From: Catajapyx aquilonaris
Lineage: Eukaryota
Reading direction: 5' to 3'
Length of the DNA: 49,345 nt
Assembly: GCA_000934665.2 (NCBI GenBank)
Contig: KZ538759.1
Coordinates: forward strand, 1 to 49,345
Shown here: piece after piece, positions 36,486-49,345 of the stretch
How positions within the stretch are numbered: the first letter of the stretch is position 1
Layout of the letters: each line of letters opens with the position of its first letter
Program-made: the position numbers and the translations under genes
Notes under the pieces: model-generated
The model's input: the letters and a program-made list of their open reading frames with translations, nothing else
What the model was told of the DNA's origin: nothing
Databases searched by the model: none

Positions 36486-39400
36486 GTTATTATTATTATT
36501 ATCGATCCTTTCGAATAACATGCAGTGAATGTAAGTTTGGCAGCAATGGTTACACAAGCAAGAACTGGTGTTGTTATTTAATTTAAGTTGCAGACAAAAC
36601 GTACGGTATGCAGAGTCACGTCAGTATATAGAGAGGGTATATTTGAAAGTTTGCCTGGCCGTTTAATTCAGGGAGGTAATTTTATTCAGTAGGCTAAACT
36701 AGATCCGGTGGGAGGTACAGTATATCAGTAGTTCTCGTTCAGATGTGAAGGCACGAACTGTGTCCGCATCTAATTGCTGCTGCAAAGGACGTCCCCGCAC
36801 CCCGTTACATGGTGAACATTTTACTCGGGGTGCGGGTCGCACTTCGTGAAAGTATTCGCCACTTGCTGAGTACAGTTAGAAAATGGCACCTTTCTTTATT
36901 TTGCCAGGAGATTCGGTAACGAAGTGGAATTTTTTTTCCAGGAGCATGAGTTTTAGGTTCTCTCGGGCAGTGTAATTAGGCTTAATTCACATCTTTTCAC
37001 ACGGTTTATTTTTATTGCTTAGAAATCCGGACATTTTTAGGTTGATAATTTTACGAGCAGTTGGTTTGCTTAGGCTGAGAGTCGTGCTGTCATGATCTCA
37101 CGATTTATGGGATCGTCCCACATACGATCGAGGATTTCATGCCAGTAATTAGATTATTGTACGAAACTTTCATAACGTAAGGGAATATTTTTCCCAGTTT
37201 GCTTTAATTTTTAATGGCTGCGCTGCAGAATGCATGTGACGTCAGCGATCCAAAAGTAGGTCTAGATTCACACAATAACGTTACGCCGTGTCCAGGAAAC
37301 AAATGGCATAATAATATGTAAGCGACAGCAGAATGGCAGCGACAAACACCATTTTAATTTAACGGCATACGTGCAATAATATTGGTCAGAAAAAAACCTT
37401 CCTCAGCACGAGCTAATGAATCCATTATGAGGCAAACACCAGCGACCAGCCCCTCTGAACCCTCCCGACACCACCACCCACCCCGTTCCTTTGTGTCCCT
37501 CCAAGGAGTTGGATTCGCACGCATTGTTCTGAGAAAAACCTAGGGGGAACCGTACGTGGCAAGTAGTGCAAGCCTCCCCCCAGAAAGAAGCATATGAGGA
37601 GGGGTGGTGACGATGTCAGATAGTAACGAAGCCTTGGTCCTTGCAGCTGCCTTCCAGCACGTCCGAGAGAACATCGAGAAGCTCAATGGACGGGTTGGAG
37701 CCAACGACACCGACCTCATCTTCCTCAAGGGACTGATGGACAGTCCGGTCATGCGCTCACTGGTCAAGGTAACTATTCTAAGTTCAAGTGACCGTGATAG
37801 CTGGACTGGAAGTGCGAATACCAGAAATAGCATTGGGCGCTCCGTTACTTCGTTGCAATTGTAAAGAATTCAAGGGGAAAATTGGGGCAACATATGGCAT
37901 GGACACAAGTAGCTCATTTAATATGGTGAGCCATAACCTGATACTGGGAGAACAAAGGTTGTGCCAAATCAGGCCAGCGAAAAGCCATTCATGGAGGAAA
38001 GGGGGGATTCTAAATGAGGTGGTTTGTGTTGTGGTCCACTGATTCGTGGGGCTGGATTTAACGAAGGAAGCACGTCAGATTATGGCTAATGTGCGCTGCC
38101 TATTGTGTATATGTTTTGAATTGCGGGCTTTTTAAAAATAATGCATTCGGAGTTTCAAAATTTACTAATGTGCGGAAGTACTGTGCTTTTGTCGTTTCTC
38201 ATTTCAAAATCGACATTCATGCCACTGCACTGAGAGCCACAACTCGCCACAACTATAGGGATTTGCAAGCTGTGACTTTACGTTTGCCAGTATTTTTTCG
38301 GTGTTCAACATTTAGCTTATTAATGGAATCTAAGCTATAGCATAGACAGCTTTCTACTTCCCCAATAAGCTTTACAATAAGGTATCCAAATTGCAGTTAA
38401 GTATGATAAATGTGGTATCCGACAATTCCAATCCTTGGAATGGTGACTTCCAGTGAGTTTGTGCCCTGTTGACATTTATCCTGAAAAGTAGATGACTTTC
38501 CCGATTCCAATGCGGCACGGGACGGATGTCATTTAGGGGTTATCGCAACCACTCTGTAAACACATTATACACGCTACATACTGTATATGTGCTTAGGGCA
38601 CTCAGAGTTTATTTCTGCAGAGTGGGCAGATGGTGGGACTGTTGTAGACAGTGTATTTATTTCTTTTCTCCATTAGTATTTCATATCCGGAAAGCTAGCG
38701 GAAAGGGCACATTTATAATGCACGCGCAATGAACTCCGGCCTTATGCACTCTAAGCAGTAAAAAAATCACCAGTTTCTTCACGTCGAAGAAAGCTCCAAT
38801 TTGCATAACCCTACCCGCAGTACTTCACTCCCTTTGGGTGAACATGCCTAATGTAACTACACTTCTACAGTATGGGAATAAGCCCTGTACTTCTTCAGGA
38901 AATAGGTAATTTTGTGGTAATGTAATAATACAAGCCCCCCCAGTCCAGTTAAACACCCACGCATACCAAAGATCGTTGCCAATCCTCCTCAACCTCCCCG
39001 TCTCCACCCGGGTAGAAACGATGTACACAAAAAGTTGGGCAGTGACCCTGATCCAGCCGAGCCCAGATCCACCACCAGAGGGAGAGCCTCATCCCATCAT
39101 GAGGTCACCTGAGGGGAAGTGGCAAGGTGGGAAAGGTATGCGGGTGGTGGGGGTGTCCGTGGTGTAGAGCCCAGCTTTCCCTCAGGAGACGCTGCCACGG
39201 ATACACACACACTCTCTGCACTTGTTGCTCCCGACTTTTATTACATCAATAAGGGTGTGGGTGCTGTCGATCATTGGTGTAACCAGGTATTGTTTATGCG
39301 GTGCTTGTTTGCGTGGAATTTCTCGGTGCACAGTAAGTACGCGAGGGGATTTGCAGCGTAGTTGTGCCATTGTGGGCGTTGGCTCGGTTGGTTGGGGTTG

Positions 39401-42400
39401 GACGGACGGACGTCTTTTTCTGGCGCAAGGTAATAACGCTGGTGGGGACAATAGTTGGGTTATCTGGGTGGGGGGGGGAATGGGCTATTCAAAGCTGGAA
39501 ACTGATATTGAATTGTGGCGATTGTGGATAGGTTGGGCCTTGGTTGGGTTTGGAAAGAAAAAAAGGGCGGAAGAGTCGTAATTCGCGCGCTCGGATTGCG
39601 CTGTGGGGTGCCCGAAGTAAGTTCGAGTTTGAAGTGCCTGTTTCCTTTTGTTGTTAAACTATTATAGGAGCACTCTAACTTGTGTACTGACGAAACAGTG
39701 ACATTGGACAGTGTGTCAATAATGTGAAAAACAATTACAGGCTATTGACGTCAGTACCTGTGTTAGATTACGGCTGCTGTACATACAATTATGTGCCTGT
39801 GTGTATAGGTTGTGCAGGGATTTAAAGAGTTGGGGAACATTATACATTACATGAAGTGAAGAGTGACAAGAAAATGAAGGTTTTAACCAAGTCAACAGGT
39901 GGTTTTATAAACTTATATAAAATACATTAATTTACAGTCTGATCTCTAGGGCAAGCCTATATTGAAGTAAATATATTGCTAACATAAACTGTTAGTGCAT
40001 AAAAAATAATAGTCAGTGGTGTGTCATGCGATGTCACAGGATGGGAATTCCAATGCAGAGTATGGAAAACTTGTTGCCATTGCTGTAATGTTCCATAATG
40101 CAGAATGTGCTTTCTAACTGATTCCATATTTATGAGCATGTTATTTACATGATGCATAGCTTTCCACTGACTCATGGCCCATGGGCATTGTTTGCTAGGA
40201 CTGTTTATTTCATGCCTCTACTCCATTATTGGGTAGCTAAAGATAAGAAAGAAGAATGCTGCAGGATTGTTATCTGAATTCTTCTGATCAAGCTGCCAAC
40301 TGCAGTGCATGAGTGTCTGACTCTGGGCTTGGCTTTCTCTGAATAGGTGCAAGATCGGCTAGAGGACCAAGTCATATTTGCAGAACCTATTGGAACTGGA
40401 AACGTAGAGCTGTTTAATGAACTGAGGACGCGATTTGGAAGGTCAATCAACCGTGAAGCTCAGGAGTTGGTCCGGATCCTAAAGGAGCCTCACTTCAAGG
40501 TACAGTACTCATTTGCCACCACACTCTGCTTCAGGGAAATGACACTTTAATGAGTTGGCGTATCTGTATCTTATGGCAGGCTCTGATTGAGACCCATGAT
40601 ACAGTAGCTAAGAGGAGTTACGCAGAAGCACAAGTGCCTGAACCAGAACCTGAACCAGAAATTGAATTTCCACCAGTCAACGGGATGGCGGATGCAATTA
40701 GGATGGTGGGGCTGCGCAAAAACCCCAATGAGCCCTTGGTAAGTGATTGAATAACCACCTCTAAACTCACTGGTGGAGGAATTTACTCACAGTTAATAAT
40801 TATGTGTTACTTTATTTGGTTTCATTAGACCTAATGTCTCTATGTACTAATGTAGTGTCAGCTATTACCTCACAATGAATTATTATTAGTTAATAATAAA
40901 TTGTAACAGATTAGTATTTATAAATTATTATTTTCATGATCTATATCAGGGGTTCCCAACCTGGGAGTCGTGGCCCCCCAAGGGGTCCGTGGAGCAGGTC
41001 CAGGGGGGCCGTGAGAGGCATTGTACCATATTTGGTGTTTTGTATTAATATTGTGGGGAAATTTCTTGTATTGTTTGGCTGCTTCATTGAAGATGTTTGG
41101 CTGCTTCATTAAAGATTTTTGTATGTTACTTTTGCAAGGGGGGCCGTGGAGAAATATTAGGTGATTTGGGGGGTCGCAGGTGCAAAAAGGTTGGGAACCC
41201 CTGCTCTATATAATAATTATTTGTGTACTGAATAGGTGGAAGAGAATGGTTTCTTGTTTTTGTTTTTTGTACTCCAGAGTGTGTCCCCCAAAAAGGACCC
41301 CGCCCTTGCAAGGGGTAACGTAAATAAAAAAATAAAAAAATAAAAATAGGTGGAAGAATTACAGTTTAATTGCTTAGGATGAATATATCAACATATAGCG
41401 TGACACATTAAGTTGAATTGCTAAGTGCTGAATTTTCTTCAGGGTTTGACAGTGAGAGTGGATGAGAAGGGTGAGCTTGCCATTGCTCGCATCCTTGGTG
41501 GTGGAATGATAGATCGCCAGGGACTCCTTCATGTGGGTGATGTCATCAAAGAAGTCAATGGTGTTGGTGTGTTTACCCCTGAGGAACTGCAGGCAGAGAT
41601 CGCCAGAGCCAAAGAGTCAGTCACCCTCAAAGTCATGCCCAGCTTTGAAGACCAGTCACCTTCGGGACAGGTAAATCCATGGACTAAGTCCTCTGTCCCG
41701 GACAGCTACGTCACTGTGGTAAGTTTATTGTTTGTCCAATTTTTGGTTTTTTGTACCATCCTGTTCTATATTTTAGAGAAACCCCTTTACAGCAATGGTG
41801 TCATGAAATGGATAATACTGTAAATTGCTATCTCCAGAAAAGAAGCTTCACTTGGTTTATAAAGCTAAAAGGTTTCCCATGAAAAACTGCATTGCTGTGT
41901 GATGGTACTTACCTTTAACTACTGTGACATGTGTTTACCAAAATATGCACACATGACAGTATGTCAACTTGTGATTTTGTTTGCTAGGCAGCCTTGTTTA
42001 AAGGTTTGTAAATGGAAGATTGATGAACATCTTTCAAAACATGACTACTTACACATCCTCTGAATTCCACTCTTAGTCTGCATATTAACTTTATGGAGTA
42101 ATAGCTAAAAGTATATGTTGTCAAGCTGCAATGTATTTTGCTTAAGATCTTCTTGCAACATTTTTTGGATCCATGAAAAGTATTCTCTCTGAATACTGCA
42201 GTGTTTTTTAAACCTACACACAGACATCTATTATTTTTCCTATGGCACCAAAATGCATCTAAGCTATACAGTATTTTGCATTTTTAAAAAGTAGCCTGGT
42301 TGTTGTAAAGTGGTTTCAGTTTTTATTCTGCATTTTGTATCTCCATCTAACTTTGAAATCCTCTAGTACGGTAGTTTTGAGGTTCATAGTTTCTTGATTC

Positions 42401-45400
42401 TCTCTTCCACCTGATGGTGAGGTGATTCAGGCAGGTGTTTGTATACTTGTTTCTGTAATATGTTGTCATTGATGTGATACATACTTCTCACCTTTTTTGT
42501 CATGTCCTGCATGCCACTGCAGGTTTGTAAGATTTTTATAGTGGATGTAGTAGTGAACCATTGCAGGGATTTTTAAAATCTCTTTATGTGTTATGCTTTA
42601 AGGAATGTTAGTTGTCAGGAACTGAGTCAAATTCAAAGGTATGTAAGTACAAAATGATAGGACTTTTTTCAATAGTCGAAATCAGACTTTGACATCAAAT
42701 TATAGGGAAACTTTTTGGGACCTCCTGACATGAAAAGTCTAATTTGGATTGTAATTTTGTGCAAGATAATGGTCACTACCTTGGACCTGTCAAGCTATAA
42801 TCTTTCTAATACATAGGAGTTCCTTCAAATGAACCTATGTCCAGGCATCTATAACAAGTATAATTATTGCTCTGTGCAGCAGACATAATATATATTTTTT
42901 GTTTAATTCAAGAGGGATTTTTTTTTACACCTATACAGGATGAAGGGAAACTGGCGGACAATTGCCAGGTAAACTTATAGAACTTGTGAAACAAATATTG
43001 GAATGTCCAAGTAGTTTTTGGCTCCGTTGTGTAGTTAATGCGTACGGCGCCTATAAAGTGTAGAGGGCCCAGTGGCGGATCTACGGCGGAAGCAAGAAAC
43101 AGAAAAATGGCCATGTTGCAATTTTATTTGATAATACTGCAATGAATATTCCAAATTTCCACTCAAGTCAAAAAGAAATTTGTACAAATCAACCCCCCTC
43201 CCCCCCCCACAACAACAACAACAAGGTCTACATCCCCCATAAAACGACGAAGTACATGGGTGTCATACCCGGATTCTTACTCTGGCAGGATTTGATCACC
43301 TATTGCATATGGACAATATGTTAGGGGACTAAAGGCAAGGGACCGGAGGCCCTCAAACTGACTTTTTCTTCTTTGAAGCTGGCAGAACAGATGTGACGTC
43401 ACGAAACTCTGACGGCGCTGTACACATTAACTATGCAATGGCGCCCAAAACTAATTGCACATCCCTAGATTAGTTTTACGAGTACTATCAGTCTATGTGG
43501 TGATTGTCCGCGAGTTTCCCTTCACCCTGTATTTGCAAATATTACCTGGTATGGTTTCCTAACATTCAACCTTTCAACTCTTTCACATGGGAAAGCTACA
43601 GTTTGTCTTTGACATTTTAATTTTGCATGCGTGGTAGTAGAATCTATTAAGCATTACTGACTTGTGTGGTACCTCAATCTACTAGGATATAATTTTTATG
43701 TTACCAAACAGCCATTCCCACAGGATGTTGTACTGACACATATATGTGGCTGTCTCTTTGTAGTGCTACATGAGAGCCCTATTTGACTATGACCCCATGG
43801 AAGATACTTTGTTGCCTTGCTCAGAAATCGGCCTTCCATTTCAACATGGAGACATTTTGCAGGTGCACATTGCAATTGAAGGAATTTATAATTTTTGGAC
43901 AATGATTTTATAGTCGCATGTTTTTTCCCATAAGGTTGTAAACCAAAACGATCCCAACTGGTGGCAGGCGAAGAAGGTTGGAACAACTGGCCCTGCCGGA
44001 CTTATCCCATCGCAGGAGCTGGAGGAGAGGAGAAAAGCATTTGTGCGTCCAGAAGCTGATTTTGTGCATAAAATCGGTATTTGTGGTACGAAGGTGAGGC
44101 CTTTTTAAAAAAGTTGACCCTTGAATTTTATTGACTTCAGTGTAGAACCCAGCTATCCATCTCAGGTGTACTATAATGTAGATATTTGCAATGAGAAATG
44201 TTCGAATGCAGGATCTTGCTATCCATGGGCACAGATGTTATTGCAGTGCTACTCTATTTCTCACACATACACTCTGTATATAAACATATACGATGCATAT
44301 AAAGTACCATTTTCAGCCATCAGGTGAAAACAAAAATCATCAAAAAAATTTTTGTCCTTGTTGTCACTTTTGCATGTTGCTTTTACTGACAAGTCAATTA
44401 CTTTTAGGTGTCAAAAAAGAAAAAGAAGGCTATGTACCAATCTAAGTCAAACATGGAGTTTGACAAGGCAGAGCTTCTCCTCTACGAGGAGGTGACCCGA
44501 ATGCCACCCTTCAAGAGGAAAACCCTGGTATTGATTGGCTCCCAGGGGGTTGGCAGAAGGACACTCAAAAACAGGCTAATTAACAGTGACCCAGACAAGT
44601 TTGGCACTATCATTCCTCGTAAGTGTTGCTTCCGTTTCAATGCTGAACCACCTGGCTCATGCAATCACGAATTTGTACAGTATTTGCAAAATTTGGAAAT
44701 AGCTTTTTGTGAGGCCAAGGCTAGTTAGTATGATATTATCAAATAAGTTGCCATTTGCTTTTTATAGAGAGGTACAGGACCATTGTAGGATAAGTGCCCT
44801 GACCATCAGCCTGAGCCATGTTTGACATTTTTGTTTCATGTGATACACAACTACCTAACCATGAGTGGAAAAATGGCAGGATCTACTCTGAGACTAAATG
44901 CTCTCATATACTAATGTAACTTTCAGATACTTCCCGACCAATGCGAGAGTTGGAAGAGAATGGAAAAGGCTATTGGTTTGTCTCCAGGGATGAGATGGAT
45001 GAGGATCTTCGCCAGAACAAGTATCTTGAATGTGGGGAGCACCACGGATGCCTCTATGGGACCAAACTGGACTCTATACGTAACATCATACGTCAAGGGA
45101 AGATGTGCATTCTGGACTGCAATCCAGCAGTAAGTAGGCCTATATGAAGTTCATTATTTTGTAGTAGCAGGGTGAAGGGTACAACTTGTGTTAAAGTCAT
45201 AAAATAATTACAGCAAGACATATATTTATTGTTCCTTCATGTCATGTATCAAATTGTATGTTTGTGCCGTGCACATGTTCTGTAGAGAATGTATTTAATT
45301 TTCAATGTCAAAGTTACCTTAATTATCAAAGTGCTGCAGTAACTATGAAAAACGTTTCTTCACATCCAGGCCTTGAAAATTCTACACAACTCTCCTGAAT

Positions 45401-46982
45401 TCATGCCATATGTTGTGTTCTTGGCTGCACCGGGTCTGGAGCACCTGCAGACCATGTATGAGTTTGCCAAGTCTCATGGATATTCCAGCAGAAGCCTGAC
45501 TGTAAGTAGTGCAGCTTGTGGGACAGGAAATTCATTTTCAGCTTAAAAGGAACACTCAGCAATTGTGATCCAGACTTGACAGTCTACATTTAAGTGAAGT
45601 TTGTCTGGAGTCAATAGTGTCGTTTTTTATACATGATGCTTGTTCCAATATTTTAAGCTTGTGTAAGTGTTCAAAGTGAGCTTCATTTCTTATGCAAGGT
45701 GGTCCAGAACAATTTTTTAAGCAACCAGATGTAGGTAATTTTTAACTGACCCACTGCATAGTATAACTGATTTAAACTGAAATAAGACAATATTGTTATG
45801 ACTGCTTAGAGCATGCTCTTTCTAAAAATGTGTTTTAATGCTTTCCATTTTTGCTGATAAAAAAGCATGGGCCACCCCTTCATTGTGTTCCTTGTGCTGA
45901 GGCATTTGAATTAGTTCCTTCAGAGTTGATTTCATGTATACCCTGTTTTTTGCATGGGCACTTGTAATTATTGTCTTGTTGTTTTCTCCCATCCCCTCCT
46001 CCCTCTACCAAACTATCAGTTTGACCGTAACAGCTCCCTAAGATTCAGTTCCCGCCGAGCTCGAACCTTGGAATCATTGGCGTCTTTGTATGAGGTAGGT
46101 TTTGTAACATTTTTGTTTCTTTCTTTTGAGTTGTTGACATCATGCATTAATTCAGGACTTCCCAATACTCTAATTGGAATTATTGAAAGGCAGTGTGTAC
46201 TTTCAGGTTTTAGTAAGGTACATGTGTAATTTGGTCTAGATGGTTTATGTAAATGGATGCTGATATGATGATGATATGTGTGAATAGTTAGCTGTTGGAA
46301 GTTATTGTGTAGTACTGTATTATGCTGGAGTACTGCAATATTTAAGAGTTGCATTGTTTTGCATGAATAAGTATATTTTATGAGTACAGCATGAACGATA
46401 CACTGCTGGAAGAGACTCCCCATTTAAAATGTACACTGTGTCTGGTACTTTCGTTGCTGTTGGATGCAACTATATCCAACAGGGAGGATCTGGAGTTGCT
46501 TTTCATAGCATTTGCAGGATCATGAATTACATCCTCTCCCATATGGGAAGAAAAAATCACCTTGATGGGGCCACATGGGTTCACAGATCCACTGGCCGCA
46601 CTATAACTGCTTTTCATAAATTATGCAGTGTATTACACAACGTTTAACATTTGTAAATAGCCTACGTTCACGCTTAAGTTACCACATTTCTTGGAAATTT
46701 TTAAATGCACTGTTGCTTTGAAGTATCACCTGCAACTGCAGGTCAGTTGAGAAGGCTGCCTCAGCTTGTACACTTCAAGTAATATATCTGTATTGTTGCC
46801 TGCAGGAAGAAGACTTCAAGAACACTGTGGAGGACAGCTCCAGAATCCAGCGCATATACGAAAAGTATTTTGATCTTGTCCTCGTGAATGAGGACTTTGA
46901 TCAGACCTTCCGAAAAGTGTTAAAGGCTTTGGAAGCCTTGAGTTCTGAACATCAGTGGGTACCCGTATCATGGGTTTATTAA
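30412..46982 (+). CDS. MPP6: MAGUK p55 subfamily protein (MPP6/PALS2/MPP2, varicose-like): L27-L27-PDZ-SH3-HOOK-GK, ~583 aa
   Basis: Exons 30412-30445, 37647-37768, 40347-40499, 40580-40738, 41443-41670, 43764-43862, 43935-44093, 44408-44618, 44927-45129, 45370-45501, 46020-46094 and 46806-46982 total 1752 nt in frame. Motifs: L27 ([29 protein letters not shown]), PDZ ([20 protein letters not shown]), SH3 (RALFDYDP...WWQA...GLIPS), HOOK (SKKKKK), GK ([17 protein letters not shown]...YGTK) and the C-terminus QWVPVSWVY*. The first exon is one of several candidates. Confidence 0.92.
33560..34180 (-). mobile_element. Probable decayed 3' end of a LINE (RNase H / C-terminal Cys-His region)
   Basis: GC-rich patch. 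Broken minus-strand frames give [10 protein letters not shown].., [10 protein letters not shown] and PSPPL..TVRSIL/ILLYPC, reminiscent of I-group LINE ends, and are followed by an (AAT/AAC) tail. Heavily degraded. Confidence 0.4.
34461..34548 (+). CDS. Candidate alternative first coding exon of the MPP6-like gene ([29 protein letters not shown])
   Basis: ATG at 34461, 88 nt to the donor G|GTGAGT, phase 1; in frame with the acceptor at 37647. Confidence 0.5.
36016..36106 (+). CDS. Candidate alternative first coding exon of the MPP6-like gene ([30 protein letters not shown])
   Basis: ATG at 36016, 91 nt to the donor A|GTGAGT, phase 1; in frame with the acceptor at 37647. A CpG-rich stretch lies just upstream. 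Confidence 0.45.
36443..36502. repeat. (TAT)n microsatellite, ~20 units
   Basis: Seen directly in the sequence, with one TGT variant unit. Confidence 0.95.
40947..41203. mobile_element. hAT (Charlie/Buster-type) MITE
   Basis: CAGGGGTTCCCAACCT ... AGGTTGGGAACCCCTG, with an 8-bp TSD ATCTATAT/CTCTATAT (7 of 8 match). Confidence 0.85.
42936..43529. mobile_element. Diverged Tc1/mariner-type MITE with ~115-bp imperfect TIRs
   Basis: TA|CAGGATGAAGGGAAACTGGCGGACAAT ... ATTGTCCGCGAGTTTCCCTTCACCCTG|TA. An internal CAGTGGCGGATCTA (~43070) may be a nested hAT end. Confidence 0.7.
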
Positions 46983-49296
46983 AAATAGAATTACCACAAT
47001 TTTGGTGGATCTCTCATACGTGAAACTGCCATTCCAGTAACATAGGGATATATTAAGTGTCTCTGGGGGGAAAACGAATTTTAGACCAGTGGACAAACTG
47101 GACATTTTGTAAAATTCTGGACAAAGGACAAAGTCAAGTAATTCCAGGAGGTTTGGGTATTCTGGTAATTTTGGACAGTCTCCAAGCTCTTGGGTGCTAA
47201 GAAATGATCAAAACAATCATGTACATGATAAAAACACTCATTTTATCCAGTGTCAAGCATTTTACAAAACACGGCAACATATGCATAGTAAGCTATTTAC
47301 ATGTTAGTTGCTATTATGAAGTCCATATAGTTTTATACATGTGCTGTTCAGAAGATATACAGTTTTTATTTGTGTAAATAGTTTTTTACACCACATTGTT
47401 GCACTTCTTCTTGGCACCAATTTGTCAGGACAGTTGGTGCAAATCGGTAAATGAAATGATGAATGTGGCCTACAAAAGTAAATGTGCCATAAAATAAATT
47501 GAAATTCTAATCTTTTGGGTTCTCTAGGAGGAAATTTCTTATATTGCTTAATGCAGTGCAATTGAATTGATGAGCACATCATTCTAGTTTAGATACATCA
47601 CAGCATGCAGCTATGCATGCACAGTTAGCAAATATTTCTCGAAATCAGGGGGTTAAAATTGATGAGCTCTTGTAAAGCATTATAAACAATATTTTTCTTA
47701 GATGAAGTTGCAGTAAATAGTGTGATGCAGGTTGATTTCAGAATATGTAGAGGTCTGATAGTTCAGTAGCAATTCCTTCCAAAAGGGAAGTAGGTGTTCT
47801 GTTAAGGTGGGTTCCCAAGAGTGAGTGAGAAGCCACAGAACAGTGTGGTTCAAGAATTATCTTCAGTTTTTCACTCATGCTTTTGCTATAGCTGTTGCTT
47901 GCAAACTCGGGGACACACCTTTCCTTTTTAGCCAGCTGAGCTTTTTTTTTTAAACCCCCATGTTTTGCACACATTCACCTTGAAGCTCCTCAAGTGCTTG
48001 TATCCTTGTGCTTTGTGACATTATTGAGGCATGTAATCAAATTTAGGGAAATATTTTTGTAACTAGACTCATGTGGCAGCTACTTGCTTGTAATGATTTT
48101 GTCTGTAACCTATTGAACTGTGTAAATTTTGGGAATATATTTTGGAAGAGTTGGATCTGGTTGTGAAAGGTCAGCAAGTAGGAATATTTTATTTGCGATG
48201 AAAAGTACACCTTTTGCTCATTACTAGCCTTACCATAGCATACATGCAAAGAATCAGGATTTTAAGTTATTATCCTTTATGGGGATTTTTAGAGTTTTAG
48301 ACTTTAATGCACATGTCACACGTGTTTGCTTCTCTTTTAGACTGCCATCTAGTTTCATGTACCACATCAATCACTACTGTTCAAAAATTGGTCATTGTTA
48401 TGTTTTGGAGCATTTATTGTCATGGCACAGATGTTGTAATTCTCATAGCTGCTTGCTAGCAAATTAATCTATACGACATTGTTCATGAACTGAATGAAAA
48501 TATATCCACAGAGTTCTGTGCCTTTGTAGTTAGTATATATTGAAAAATCTCAAATCACATATTGGACAACATGTTCACCTCGCACTTGTAAAAAAATTGC
48601 ATTTAGTATGGTAGTATGATGAAAAAGTTCTACAAATATTTTTAACAGTGGTGAAGTACTATTGGCTTTCATTATAAAGTTATTATAAAATGTTTCATTT
48701 ATATTTGCAATCAATTGACTTACTATGCATGCTCTTCTCCTGTACAGTTCCAAATAAGATTGTTATTTTTGGGTCTGTAATTTCAGTTGTATGTAATTCT
48801 GCCTCAAAAATAATTACATAAAGCAGGTTTACAAAAGTAAGACTGAAAAATGGATGAAAAAAATGTAGACGTTTGTAACAGGATTCAAGAGTGAATTATA
48901 TCCTGTTGAAAATTATGGAAAGTGTTCTTTTTTTGTGTGTTCCTCTCCCAAATGGAACGAGAAGTAAACATTTCTTACACAATATGGTGGGCAGTATGCA
49001 AAAATATTCAGATTTTGAGAATCTCGAGAGAAGATTCAACACAGAATACCAATAGACTACCATTAGAGAAAATCCAACATTTTAAATGCAGTAAATTGCA
49101 GTGTGGGGAGCTAACATGACTTACCCATTGATATGTACAGTACAACTGTACCACCAATATGGTTGTGGTGTGAAATCTGATGCACCAGATGCATGCTCCA
49201 CATTCTTCATATCAACATGTCCCAAGATGACTTGGACTCCCCCTTCTCTTTTCAGGTCAAGAGATGAGATTTGGTATTGCAAGTTTGCAACTAGTG

Positions 49297-49345
49297 CACG
49301 GGCGTAGATAAGGGGGGGTTTTGGGGGTTCAAACCCCCCCCCCCC
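49297..49345 (+). mobile_element. Probable start of a hAT-type MITE, truncated by the window edge
   Basis: CACGGGCGTAGATAAGGGGGGGTTTTGGGGGTTCAAACCCCCCC resembles the CAGGGGCGTA-type termini of invertebrate hAT MITEs. Confidence 0.45.

Noticed and set aside
47000..49290. Short ORFs downstream of the MAGUK stop codon
   Set aside because: AT-rich 3' UTR/intergenic sequence with no recognisable domains or consistent exon structure.

Overview
Eukaryotic, intron-rich genomic DNA, most likely from an invertebrate animal (probably an arthropod; this is inference). Four spliced protein-coding genes can be rebuilt in frame from GT-AG junctions: DNAJC7/TPR2 (+, TPR co-chaperone with J domain), MALSU1 (-, RsfS/Iojap mitoribosome assembly factor), prohibitin 1 (+, head-to-head with MALSU1) and a MAGUK p55 gene of the MPP6/PALS2/MPP2/varicose type (+). 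Non-coding DNA is dense in small transposons: Tc1/mariner, Kolobok-like, Harbinger-like and hAT MITEs, plus three tRNA-derived SINE families. The most notable element is a 2,859-bp non-autonomous Transib-like transposon (15961-18819). It has the exact RSS heptamer CACAGTG at both ends and a 5-bp TSD, carries nested elements, and sits in the intron that splits the DNAJC7 HPD motif. Other points of interest are two mariner elements whose 3' end was replaced by an inverted copy of the 5' end, a 580-bp near-perfect palindrome in DNAJC7 pre-mRNA, a ~300-codon candidate first exon for DNAJC7, and at least three in-frame alternative first exons for the MAGUK gene. No prokaryotic systems, CRISPR arrays, rRNA or true tRNA genes are supported. 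All coordinates were counted by eye and family assignments were made without database searches.
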